DNA from: a bacterium
GTDB taxonomy: Bacteria; UBA8248
Reading direction: 5' to 3'
NCBI GenBank assembly: GCA_965204535.1
Contig: CBDBEV010000001.1
Coordinates: forward strand, 2,752,001-2,816,000
DNA: 64,000 bases
Shown: piece after piece, positions 29,257-38,749 of the stretch
Position numbering within the stretch: the stretch's first letter is position 1
How the letters are laid out: every line of letters starts with the position of its first letter
Position numbers and translations under genes: made by a program
The notes under the pieces: model-generated
What the model was told of the DNA's origin: nothing
Seen by the model: only the letters and a program-made list of their open reading frames with translations
The model's database searches: none

Positions 29257-31183
29257 CCAGCCACGCCTGAAACATCAACAAACCCCAAAGACAGAATTGC
29301 CAGTTCCTTGCACCGGATTCGTGTTGTTCCCACATTCGGCGAATGGATCCTGGGTGAAAGAATCCCTCTTCCCTGAGCCGTGATTCTCCCAACAAATCTT
29401 CCGCCCAGTCCTTAAGAGGCTCTCTCAGCCATTCGCCGACGGGAACGCTAAATCCCATTTTAGGTCTTTGAATCAGCGAGGCGGGAGCGTAGCGGGACAA
29501 CAAACGCCTTAAAATCCATTTTCCCTCGCCGCCCCGCAACTTTAACTTTAGAGGCAGACTCCAGACAAACTCCACGACGCGGGGGTCCAGATAGGGAGCT
29601 CTTACCTCTAGGCTCGCTCCCATGGAGGCCCTGTCTACTTTCACGAGGATATCATCGGGCAGGTATTCCACGATGTCGCGGTACATCATCTGCCCGGCGG
29701 GATGAAGATCGCTCGGTGCTGGTATTGGAGCAAATGCACTTTCCGGATCCAGATGCGCATTGAGGAAAACCGAAGCATCTCCGTACATCCTCAGGCGTTG
29801 ATACATCTCATCGAGACTCGCTGTGCCGAAGAGATTCGCCAACTTGAGGAGCTTTTCCCCGGCCATCTCAACTCTGTAGCGTCTGGGCAGCAGAGGAGAT
29901 ATTTTTTTATAAAATCGCGCCAGTGTGGGGTACCGCGACGTCAGGGTCTTTGTGATTCGCGCTTTCAGTCGCTCCGGCAAGCGATTGCTCCACTTCCAGA
30001 CATTGGGCGCCCAGAAATAACGGTTGTAGCCGCCGAAAAGTTCATCTCCCCCATCGCCCGATAGAGCGACCGTCACGTGCTCCCTCGTGAGAGCGCACAA
30101 AAGGTGCGTGGGAATCTGGGAAGGATCCGCAAACGGCTCGTCATAGAGCCGGGGCAGGTGCGGGATGACCTCGAGCGCTTCTCCGGGACCCGCGTAGAGT
30201 TCGGTGTGCTCGGTTTCGAGATGGCGGGCCATCTCGCGCGCATGGTGGGCCTCGTCGTAGCCTTTCTCGTGAAATCCAATCGTAAACGTACGAACCGGAG
30301 CGGCGCTCTCCGCCTTCATCAGGGCGACCACGGTCGATGAGTCGACTCCACCGGAAAGAAACGCGCCCAGTGGCGCGTCTGAGCGCAGCATCTGGCGCAC
30401 GGAGCGCTTCAGCACCTCATCCAGTTGCTCAAGCGCCTCATCGTTGGAGATTGTCCCTCTATCGGTGGATGTATGCCCCACAACATGTGCGGACCAATAC
30501 GCGCTTGGTCCTGGCAGATGCCCGGGTGCATCCGAAGCGCGGAGGCTCAAGATGGAGGCGGGCGGCAACTTGTGGATTCCCTTGTAGATGGAATGTGGAG
30601 CGGGCACGCAGCCCAGTTTAATGTACGCGCTGAGTGCGTCGGCGGAGATTTCGCCTGCCCAATCAGGATGTGCGCGGAGGGCTTTGAGTTCTGAGCCGAA
30701 AAGAAAGGATTTTCCGCACCAGCCGTAGTAGAGGGGTTTTTCGCCCATGCGGTCGCGCGCGAGATGCAGCGTTTTCTCCGAACGGTCCCACAGGGCGAAG
30801 GCGAACATGCCGATGGAACGCCGAACGGCCGCATCCAGCCCCCACCTTTCCACAGCGGCGAGGAGGACTTCGGTGTCCGAGCGTCCCTGGAAGCGCACCC
30901 CCTCGCGCGTCAATTCATCGCGCAGTTCGATGAAATTATAGATTTCTCCGTTGTAGGAGAGGACGTATCTTTCACCGCGTGAGATCATCGGCTGGCGGCC
31001 GTCTGCGCTCAAATCGATGACGGCGAGCCTCCTGTGTCCCAGAGCGACGCCCGCCGCTTCGTCGACCCAGTTTCCCCCGTCGTCGGGACCCCGGTGGCGC
31101 AGGCTCTCTGCCATCCCCGAAACGACGCCCCGTGGGTCGTCCGTCTCCCGATGCGTGAAGAGAAAACCCGCAACGCCGCACAT
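29240..31183 (-). CDS. asnB: Second AsnB-like amidotransferase
   Basis: MCGVAG, HRGPD, FLSGGVDSS, SGDGGDELFGGY, DILVKVDRASM. Confidence 0.92.
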   Translation of the reverse strand: MCGVAGFLFTHRETDDPRGVVSGMAESLRHRGPDDGGNWVDEAAGVALGHRRLAVIDLSADGRQPMISRGERYVLSYNGEIYNFIELRDELTREGVRFQGRSDTEVLLAAVERWGLDAAVRRSIGMFAFALWDRSEKTLHLARDRMGEKPLYYGWCGKSFLFGSELKALRAHPDWAGEISADALSAYIKLGCVPAPHSIYKGIHKLPPASILSLRASDAPGHLPGPSAYWSAHVVGHTSTDRGTISNDEALEQLDEVLKRSVRQMLRSDAPLGAFLSGGVDSSTVVALMKAESAAPVRTFTIGFHEKGYDEAHHAREMARHLETEHTELYAGPGEALEVIPHLPRLYDEPFADPSQIPTHLLCALTREHVTVALSGDGGDELFGGYNRYFWAPNVWKWSNRLPERLKARITKTLTSRYPTLARFYKKISPLLPRRYRVEMAGEKLLKLANLFGTASLDEMYQRLRMYGDASVFLNAHLDPESAFAPIPAPSDLHPAGQMMYRDIVEYLPDDILVKVDRASMGASLEVRAPYLDPRVVEFVWSLPLKLKLRGGEGKWILRRLLSRYAPASLIQRPKMGFSVPVGEWLREPLKDWAEDLLGESRLREEGFFHPGSIRRMWEQHESGARNWQFCLWGLLMFQAWLDDQGR

Positions 31184-31235
31184 AATGTCCGCTCAACTTA
31201 AGTGAATGTACCGGGGCGCGCCTTGGTTTCCATCC

Positions 31236-32060
31236 TCACATTTTGCGCAGGGCGAGGCTGAAGGTCTCGGCCGCCCGCTCACGCGCCAGGAGATAGAAAA
31301 TCCATAGCCACAACCGCCAAAGAACGTGCAGGGGCGCAAAGAAGCTGAAATACTCACTGTGATAGTAGGCTCTTTTCTGAACCACGGCGAAGCCTTCCCC
31401 GCGCGCCATTTCTTCGAATTCGGACAACGTGCAGCGATGGTAGCGGCACGGAAAGCCGGACTTCTCCGCGAGTTCGGGATAGAGAAACCTCAACAGATTT
31501 CGTTTGATCTTCTCGGGGATGATGAGGTTCACCCGCGCGTAGAGTGAGGTTTTCGATGGCGTGAACAGGAGAGCGACGCCGTCCTTTTTCAATATGCTCG
31601 CCAGGCCGGCGAAAGCGGATTTCGTGTCGGCGACGTGTTCGAGCAATGCCTGGCAGATTACCACGTCGGCGTCTTCGCATCCCCGGTATCGAGTGATGTC
31701 GGTTCGGATAGTCGAATCATACGACCCGCGCGGCGCGCGCATCAGTTCTCCCTCGTCGATGTCGAGGCCGACGACCCGGAGGTCCCGCCGCACCTTCTCC
31801 TCTCCGGAGTAGAAGGGGTGTTTCCCGCCGCCCACTTCGTAGACCAGCGCACCCTCGGGGACGTAAGGCGGCGCGAATTTTTCCCGGAAATGTGCCTGCC
31901 CGTCCACCCGAAATTCATCGGGAAGCATCCCGTCCAGACGCCTGGAGAGTGATTTGTTGAAGTCGATGAATTTTCCCGGCAGGCCGCGCATGAGGTTTGG
32001 AATCCCTGTCTCGTTGAAAACGGCGGGCGGAAACGGTGTCCGCCCGAACAGGGTCCTCAT
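31236..32060 (-). CDS. Class I SAM-dependent methyltransferase
   Basis: YEVGGGK, VGLDID, LLEHV; start uncertain. Confidence 0.8.
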   Translation of the reverse strand: MRTLFGRTPFPPAVFNETGIPNLMRGLPGKFIDFNKSLSRRLDGMLPDEFRVDGQAHFREKFAPPYVPEGALVYEVGGGKHPFYSGEEKVRRDLRVVGLDIDEGELMRAPRGSYDSTIRTDITRYRGCEDADVVICQALLEHVADTKSAFAGLASILKKDGVALLFTPSKTSLYARVNLIIPEKIKRNLLRFLYPELAEKSGFPCRYHRCTLSEFEEMARGEGFAVVQKRAYYHSEYFSFFAPLHVLWRLWLWIFYLLARERAAETFSLALRKM

Positions 32061-32239
32061 GGCCGGTCATTATGTCAGATGAGCGGGGCAGGGGGAAGGG
32101 GCCAGTTCCGAAAAAAGGAATCGACTCTTCACGGTTTGATAACTGTTTTGGAAATTGATTTTAGCCAAGATAATTGGTGTTTTTAGGGTGTCGTAATGTG
32201 TTGCTTGACGCTGAACAAATGATTTAGGTATTTTGCGCT

Positions 32240-32530
32240 ATGAAGATTCGCAGCGTGGTTCACAAAGGGCTTCGCCGATTCATAGAGGATGATAACACGG
32301 CTGGTTTCCAACCTGCGGTCGTGCCGAAGTTACGGCGTATCATTTCTTTCCTGCAAGACATGGATCGGGAGGAAGAACTACGAACCGTTCCGGCTTGGAG
32401 GGCGCATCAGCTTGTCGGCGACCGCAAAGGTGTTTGGAGTCTGTCGGTTACAAGAAACTGGCGGCTCACTTTCCGGATCGATCAAACAGAGATGGAAATC
32501 GTCGAGTTGAACTATGAGGATTACCACTAG
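32240..32530 (+). CDS. higB: HigB-like (RelE superfamily) toxin
   Basis: IRSVVHKGLRR, HQLVGDRKGVWSLSVTRNWRLTF, ends EDYH. Confidence 0.92.
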   Translation: MKIRSVVHKGLRRFIEDDNTAGFQPAVVPKLRRIISFLQDMDREEELRTVPAWRAHQLVGDRKGVWSLSVTRNWRLTFRIDQTEMEIVELNYEDYH

Positions 32531-32539
32531 GAGGCGATC

Positions 32540-32851
32540 ATGAGTGCGACGGGTGGCATACGAATGAAGATCCCGGCTCATCCAGGCGGGTTCGTGAAGA
32601 GCGAGATCATCGAACCGCTTGGATTGTCGGTGACCGAAGCGGCGAGGGTTTTGGGAGTCACGCGCCCCGCGCTGTCCGCGCTGCTCAACGAGCGCGCGGA
32701 TCTCTCGCCTTTGATGGCGCTCAGAGTCGAGAAGGCGTTTGGCGTCTCGATGGACACGCTGATGCGAATGCAGAACAGTTACGATATCGCCCAGACCCGC
32801 AAGCGCGAAGATGAAATTGAACTCGCTCCGTATAAAGGACGAGTCGCCTGA
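32540..32851 (+). CDS. higA: HigA antitoxin (HTH-XRE)
   Basis: PAHPGGFVKSEIIEPLGLSVTEAARVLGVTRPALSALLN, MALRVEKAFG. Confidence 0.92.
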   Translation: MSATGGIRMKIPAHPGGFVKSEIIEPLGLSVTEAARVLGVTRPALSALLNERADLSPLMALRVEKAFGVSMDTLMRMQNSYDIAQTRKREDEIELAPYKGRVA

Positions 32852-32920
32852 GGCGATCTTGTAGCTCGTCGGTTAAGTGCCGGGTGTTCTCGGGCATTTC
32901 GTCGTGAGTACGACAATACT

Positions 32921-32948
32921 GTAGGGGCGGTTCGCGAACCGCCCCTAC
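32921..32948. repeat. GTAG-type REP palindrome
   Basis: Perfect palindrome GTAGGGGCGGTTCGCGAACCGCCCCTAC between convergent genes. Confidence 0.8.
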
Positions 32949-32972
32949 GAGTTCTTTCACGGTCGAAATGGA

Positions 32973-33860
32973 TCACGCGAGCTTCGCCCGGAAGAAGTCT
33001 ATGGTGCGCTTCCAGGCGAGTTCGGCCGCGGCCTTGTCGTAGCGCGGCGTGGTGTCGTTGTGAAAGCCGTGGTTCGCCTTGGGATAGAAATGCGCGGTGT
33101 ATTCCTTGCCGTGTTTCTTGAGCGCGGCCTCATAGGCGGGCCAACCCTTGTTGATGCGCTTGTCGAATTCGCCGAAGTGGAGCAGCAGGGGCGCCTTGAT
33201 TCTGGCGACCTCGGCCTCGGTCCTGGGCTGGCGGCCGTAGAAGGGAACCGAGGCGGCCAGGTCCGGCTTGTGGACGGCCATGGCGTTCGAGACGCCGCCC
33301 CCGTAGCAAAAGCCCACCACGCCCACTTTTCCGTTCGCGCTCGCGTCGGCCTTCAGGTGATCGAAGGCGGCGAAGAAATCCTGCAGAAGTTTCCCCTTGT
33401 CCAGCTTGCGCTGCATGACCTTGCCGTCGGGGTCGTTGCCGGGGTATCCGCCCAGAGGCGTGAGGCCGTCGGGCGCAAGCGCCGTGAAGCCGGCGACGGC
33501 CACGCGCCGGGCGACGTCGGCGATGTAGGGGTTCAGCCCCCTGTTCTCGTGCACGACGACCACGCCGCCGCGCCTGCCCCCGCCCGCGGGCCGCACGAGA
33601 TAGCCCTTGATCTTGCCGTGGCCCTCGGGCGAGGCGTACTCGATGGTCTCCCCCTTGATGCGCGCGTCGTTCTCGTCGACCTGCTTCGCCAGCGCGTAGT
33701 CGGGCGAGAGCATGTCGAGCAGGGCGGCGGCGGTGAGGCCGCCGACGGCGAACTTGGCCGCCTTGTCGAGAAACTCCCTGCGCTCGATGACGCCGTGCAC
33801 GTACTCATCGAAGAGGTCCAGCAGTTCCTGGTCGAAATCACTCGCTTGCTTGCGCTCCAT
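32973..33860 (-). CDS. Dienelactone hydrolase family protein (YghX-like)
   Basis: [42 protein letters not shown]; GGAG RBS before ATG 33860. Confidence 0.92.
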   Translation of the reverse strand: MERKQASDFDQELLDLFDEYVHGVIERREFLDKAAKFAVGGLTAAALLDMLSPDYALAKQVDENDARIKGETIEYASPEGHGKIKGYLVRPAGGGRRGGVVVVHENRGLNPYIADVARRVAVAGFTALAPDGLTPLGGYPGNDPDGKVMQRKLDKGKLLQDFFAAFDHLKADASANGKVGVVGFCYGGGVSNAMAVHKPDLAASVPFYGRQPRTEAEVARIKAPLLLHFGEFDKRINKGWPAYEAALKKHGKEYTAHFYPKANHGFHNDTTPRYDKAAAELAWKRTIDFFRAKLA

Positions 33861-34528
33861 GACGGTCTCCTGGTTTTGGGAATGAATGAAATGATGATCG
33901 GCACCAGGCGGCCGGTGCGGTGGCGGGATTATACATCGTTTCCATGGGATGGCCATATGGCGTTCCGCCGGCCGGATGGTGCGCCCGCGCCCCCGTGAAG
34001 CACACGAGCGGTTTCCGGGAGCCTCCATCGCCCTCTCGGCCCGGTGCGCAAATGCGGACAGTTGCGGGCAAATGCGCGGGTTCCAATAAACTTTTTTTAT
34101 CGCTATATCTGAGTGCGCGGCGCTCATATTTGAATGATAACTCTTTATATAACAACCGGTTAAGCGATCAGAAATTTTCAGGAATTTATCGAAAAACCCC
34201 GTGAATTTATCGAATTTTACGGGAAATATCATTATTTTCATTTTTCCGTCGTTCTTGCTTCCGAGGGAGCGGCTCCTCTCCCGGCGCGGTTCGCTTCCGC
34301 CCGGGGAGAAAGAAACCGCCGCCTCTGCGCTCGACCCCTCATTCGGCTTCATGGGAAACCCTCTCATTCTTCATATCGACTCCATCCGGTGCGGGCCCGG
34401 ACCCGACCCTGAGGGAGAGTCCGGCTTTCCTGCGCCGCGCGCACGATACCGCAGGCCCGGATTCCGGGGCGTACGGCAAATGCGGGGAATTGCGGGCATA
34501 TTTCGAGTAGCGAGGATTGCGGTTTGTA

Positions 34529-34588
34529 GTAGGGACAGGTCGTGACCTGTCCGGGGCCCCCGTGCCTGTCAGAGGTCGTGACCTGTCC
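34529..34588. repeat. GTAG-type REP-like doublet (degenerate)
   Basis: GTAGGGACAGGTCGTGACCTGTCC followed by a second AGGTCGTGACCTGTCC. Confidence 0.6.
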
Positions 34589-34655
34589 TTTCTCTTCCGC
34601 ATCGACCGAGGCAAACGGCCAAAGGCATACCAGGAGTTACTACGGGGGGACTACC

Positions 34656-34906
34656 TCACCCCAACCTCCCCCGCAGCCACCGGAACGACTCGGGCGCCCA
34701 CTCGGTGAAGTGCTTGAAGGCGCAGTGGCCGTCATCCGGGTAGACGCGCGCCTCCCTGCCGGTCACGGGGCCGTGCTCGAGCATGTAGTAGATGTTCCCG
34801 ACCGGGGCGAGGTGATCCTGTTTTCCGTTGATCATCAAGACGGGGCAGACGATTTTCTCCACGAGGCCCAGTTCGCTGAGCGACCAGCGCTTGAACAGTG
34901 CCTCTT
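34656..34906 (-). pseudogene. Detached 3' end copy A of the alpha/beta hydrolase at 38750-39901
   Basis: About 250 bp collinear with 38750-39000 (ALFKRWSLSELGLVEKIVCPVL..RWLRGRLG stop). Confidence 0.92.
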
Positions 34907-35061
34907 TGTAACCGGTCTGGGAATGATTTGTAGGGGAAAAGCCCGATTACCGGATTCAGCCATTATCGTTTGGCGTATAAACAACTTTCGAGATAAACTG
35001 AATTGACCTCCAAGTCAGGGGGTCGCCGCTCCACCATGCAAGTGAGATAAAGAACACTGAT

Positions 35062-35595
35062 ATGAACCTCAAACAATTAATAGAAAAAATCAAACAAAGC
35101 GCACAACATAAATATTTATATCACTTTACCGACAAGGCCAATTTTCCATCTATCTCTAGACACGGCCTATTATCAAAAGAACAACTGCGGGAAAAAGGTT
35201 GGTGGCCGCCAGATGCTACAGGCGGCAATCAGCTAAGCTGGGAACTGGATACGCTACGCGGGCTGGATCCCTATGTCAGTTTATGTATGACACGAAATCA
35301 TGGGATGAAGTATCTTGCGCAAAGAGACGGACGGCTACCCAACCCTCGTTACCTGGCGATCAATCCAGAGGTTTTAGAGATTGAAGGAGTCAGGATTGCA
35401 TTTGGTGTAGCGAACTCGACCGGCGTGGACATCCTGCCTATTGCGGAAGGTATTGATAGGCTGGATATCGAAGTATTATATTCATGGACTGACTGGTCCA
35501 ATCCTGAAATTCAGAATCGGTTACAGGCTGCAGAAAAATTAGAAATCCTAGTTCCAAATGAAGTTCCCAGAAATCTAATTGTTGGGGTCTACTAA
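35062..35595 (+). CDS. darT: DarT DNA ADP-ribosyltransferase toxin (DUF4433)
   Basis: YLYHFTDKANFPSISRHGLLS, YVSLC, LAINP, ANS, catalytic EILVP; AT-rich relative to flanks. Confidence 0.85.
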   Translation: MNLKQLIEKIKQSAQHKYLYHFTDKANFPSISRHGLLSKEQLREKGWWPPDATGGNQLSWELDTLRGLDPYVSLCMTRNHGMKYLAQRDGRLPNPRYLAINPEVLEIEGVRIAFGVANSTGVDILPIAEGIDRLDIEVLYSWTDWSNPEIQNRLQAAEKLEILVPNEVPRNLIVGVY

Positions 35596-36276
35596 ATGGC
35601 GAAGCGGCCGGTATTCTTACCCGTCTACGATGGCCAGAAGCTGGTCGAAGAACGCACATTTTCTTTTGAATGGGCACCCGGGTTTTCACCAACTCAGAAA
35701 AAAAGAAACATTCATTCCTTGCACAGCGAAGCAAAGCGCTCGGGAATTAAAACCATTCTGGAAATTTCATCCAAGTCTGATGATGAGGTTGGAAAACGAT
35801 TAAGCGCTTTCAGCCTTAAATTAGAGATTGATGGTGCTGAATTCCCGCTGGAATGTGTCTACCAAGGTTCAAAGGTTTTTGAGAACTGCGGCCCATTTCC
35901 AGATCTCTTCGAATTGCAACCTATCGAAGCGAAACGATTTATCAGAGATAGGAACTGCGGAAGACTAAAATATTTCGAGCTTGAGGGAATACAATACCCA
36001 CTTTCTTCATGCCCGCTTTCTCCAAAAAACGCTTTTTATGATTGGCTCTATATTCGATGCCTTAAGAACCACGCTCAATGGATTAGCAGTAATGTCTCAT
36101 ATGACGGTTTTACCGATATCGAGTTTAACCCAGCCAAGCAAGTCAACTGCCAGGCTCGTGCATTTGCGGAATATCTGAGTCTCCTGAAACGGTCGAAATT
36201 ACAGGACGCGGCGAACAATTTCGAATATTTCATGTCGCTGCTGAATTCGACAGAATCGCTCTTCCTGCAAGATTAA
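35596..36276 (+). CDS. darG: DarT1-associated NADAR antitoxin (DarG1 type)
   Basis: MAKRPVFLP, FEWAPGFS, LEISSKS, LSAFSL, ECVYQGSKVFE, FYDWLY, FTDIEFNP..NCQAR; abuts darT. Confidence 0.82.
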   Translation: MAKRPVFLPVYDGQKLVEERTFSFEWAPGFSPTQKKRNIHSLHSEAKRSGIKTILEISSKSDDEVGKRLSAFSLKLEIDGAEFPLECVYQGSKVFENCGPFPDLFELQPIEAKRFIRDRNCGRLKYFELEGIQYPLSSCPLSPKNAFYDWLYIRCLKNHAQWISSNVSYDGFTDIEFNPAKQVNCQARAFAEYLSLLKRSKLQDAANNFEYFMSLLNSTESLFLQD

Positions 36277-36356
36277 GAAAAAGAAAAGGTCTGTCTGAGG
36301 TCCTTCCGAGTTACAGTCAAATCCGGTGTATATGGCCGTCCTGAATCCAGCGGCCA

Positions 36357-36654
36357 TCCTGTCCGTTTCTCTTTCGTCCACGCCGTTGATGAACCTTACG
36401 TCAGCGATCCCGTCTGCGAGATGGCGGAAGCCGCGTAGCTGGCGCTTCCGGTTGTTCATGGCGGTTTTGGATAATTCCAATCCACCGCGTCCGTTTCCCA
36501 CACACTCCGAATAGCCGGATATAGCCCCTCACCCCAACCTCTCCCTCAACCACTTAAACGATTCGGGCGCCCATTCGGTGAAGTGCTTGAAGGCGCAGTG
36601 GCCGTCATCCGGGTAGACGCGCGCCTCCTTGCCGGTCACGGGGCCGTGTTCGAA
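36357..36654 (-). pseudogene. Detached copy B of the hydrolase 3' end plus its downstream flank
   Basis: Diverged direct repeat of 38577-38875; stop codon copy at 36529-36531. Confidence 0.85.
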
Positions 36655-36655
36655 A

Positions 36656-36898
36656 CTCCAGCGCCTCTTCCACGATGAGCCGCGTGGCGAGCTTCACCAG
36701 GTCGGCTCGCGCATCGGGACTCGATAGTCGGCCTTCGATCAGGTCGGACAGGGATTGGCGAGTGTGCATCGATGCCTGTATTCTCTTCTTCATGGGGTTG
36801 CCTCCTCGGTGGGACGCCGGCGCTCACCGGCATGGTTTTGTGTTGCCTCCGCCGAGGAGGCACCCCTCCAAAGTTTCCAGCAAGTTTAGGACTTAACC
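36656..36898 (-). mobile_element. IS256-family remnant (left end plus about 45 transposase codons)
   Basis: End GGTTAAGTCCTAAACTTGCTGGAAAC and MKKRIQAS..LIVEEALE; near-copy of 38331-38573. Confidence 0.85.
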
Positions 36899-37066
36899 GT
36901 CTTGCACAATTCCCCCTTTAGCGTCTAACTTGAAGGGGGGGTTCGGGAACCCGGCGCGCCAAGGGACTTGGTCGTGAACGAGTCGTCCGCGCAGGCGCGG
37001 GGCAGAGGATGGGCGAAACGGATGACGGACAGTTATCTTGTAAAACGGAATAACCGGGAGGCGATC

Positions 37067-37918
37067 ATGAGGTTTACGCTTATATGGGGTTTTGCACTGG
37101 CTCTTGCGCTGTGCTGGCCGTTAAATACTTATGGAGTAGTTAATGCAATAAAATGTAAAAGTTCGGATAATTTAAACACGTATCACTATTTCCATGAAGT
37201 GGTAAAAAAAGATGCGTCAGAAAGTAGTGCTATATACACTTTAGGTTTTATCTCTGTATGTATAGGAAAAGAAGAGGAGGGCTTGTCTCATATAAAAAGA
37301 GCTGCTGATTTGGGACATATTTTGGCTATTAAGGTATTAGGTAAATATTATATGTTTAACAAGACTTTTGACTCATCCCAAAAAAGTGACGAGCAGGAGG
37401 AATTTGATGCGGCTATTTATTATTATGAAAAGGCGGCTCAGCTGATTGAGTCCCTGCCCCGTTACCCGGAAGGTGCTACTGTGGATATAAGAGAGGGTCT
37501 TGAGTACAAAACTTTTATAAGTTATCATATATTTACATATCTACCATTGCTTTACTTGAATGGGTACAGTAGAGCTATAGGGGATATTCTGAATAATCCG
37601 GAGAGGGTTTCCTACACGGATACTTTGGAAGCATTACATAAAATGCGTGAGGCTGCTGTTCGCTGTCTTAAGAGGCCGGCTCTTTCCGCCTGGAAGGAGA
37701 AACAGGAGAGGGTGTATGAGGCGCAACAAATTAAATGTGGGGCTTCATTGGAGTTTGCTGAAACAGTTTTGCCTTTAGAGCAACAAAGGCTTCAGGTGGA
37801 AAAAAGCTGTGTTGCTCACCCCAGCCAATGCTCGGAGCATCAGCAGGTGGTGGCTGAAATGACACAGGCATTTAATAAAATGAGGGCGGAAGAAGCATTT
37901 GCTCCCAAAGATTTCTAG
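37067..37918 (+). CDS. Secreted helical-repeat (Sel1/TPR-like) protein, AT-rich
   Basis: Signal peptide MRFTLIWGFALALALCWP; AIYTLG..HIKRAADLGHILAIKVLGKYY and AIYYYEKAA resemble Sel1 repeats; GGAGG RBS. Confidence 0.65.
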   Translation: MRFTLIWGFALALALCWPLNTYGVVNAIKCKSSDNLNTYHYFHEVVKKDASESSAIYTLGFISVCIGKEEEGLSHIKRAADLGHILAIKVLGKYYMFNKTFDSSQKSDEQEEFDAAIYYYEKAAQLIESLPRYPEGATVDIREGLEYKTFISYHIFTYLPLLYLNGYSRAIGDILNNPERVSYTDTLEALHKMREAAVRCLKRPALSAWKEKQERVYEAQQIKCGASLEFAETVLPLEQQRLQVEKSCVAHPSQCSEHQQVVAEMTQAFNKMRAEEAFAPKDF

Positions 37919-37974
37919 GTCAGTATTTTACCTGGAGTTTTTTGTTGTAATTCACAGCTTCTGAATAGATCAGC

Positions 37975-38573
37975 CTCGACGCGAACTCCTGATAGTCTTC
38001 CCAGAGGCGTTCACCGAGTTCGGAGACCACCGTGCGCGAGAGCAGAAGACGACCGCTCTCGTCGGTGAAGACGTCTTCGATGTCGCGCACCGACAGGCCG
38101 CGCGCCAGAAGTTCCACCGCCGGCCCTTCGAGCGCCTCGGTGCGCCCCTTGAGGCCCTCGCGTATCTCGGAGCGGAACCCTTCCTCGCGCCCGGCAATCT
38201 GAGGCGCCGCGTACTCGATGAACCCTTCGGCCGTCTTCAGACGACCCGGGCGGCGGCCGTTGCGGTAGCCCTGGCCGGGCTTCGCGCCGTGTTCGTAGTA
38301 CTCCCGGCCCAAAGCGTCGCGGCTCTCCGCCTCCAGCGCCTCTTCCACGATGAGCCGCGTGGCGAGCTTCACCAGATCGGCTCGCGCATCGGGACTCGAC
38401 AGACGGCCTTCGATCAAGTCGGACAGGGATTGGCGGGTATGTATCGATGCCTGTATTCTCTTCTTCATGGGGTTGCCTCCTCGGTGGGACGCCGGCGCTC
38501 ACCGGCACGGGTTCATGGTTCCTCCGCCGAGGATGCACCCCTCCAAAGTTTCCAGCAAGTTTAGGACTTAACC
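37975..38573 (-). mobile_element. IS256-family remnant, transposase truncated before the DDE domain
   Basis: LIVEEALEAE..LGREYYE..YRNG..LKTAEG..ARGLSVRDI..SRTVVS; homology stops at QEFASR; no right end seen. Confidence 0.88.
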
Positions 38574-38749
38574 CCCTCCTATCCGTTTCTTTTTCGTCCG
38601 CACTATTGATGAACCTGACGTCGGCGCTTATGTCTGCGAGATGACAGAAGCCGCGTAGCTGGCGCTTTCGGTTGCTCATAGCGGATTCGGATAACTCCAA
38701 CCCATCGCGTCCGATTCCCACGCATTCCGAAAACCGGATCATTCCCACC

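Noticed and set aside
33861-34367. 168-aa N-terminal extension of the dienelactone hydrolase
   Set aside because: Family similarity and an RBS begin at 33860; the extension crosses AT-rich promoter-like DNA.
36656-38573. Functional IS256 composite transposon
   Set aside because: Both copies are truncated left ends in direct orientation, with no catalytic domain or right end.
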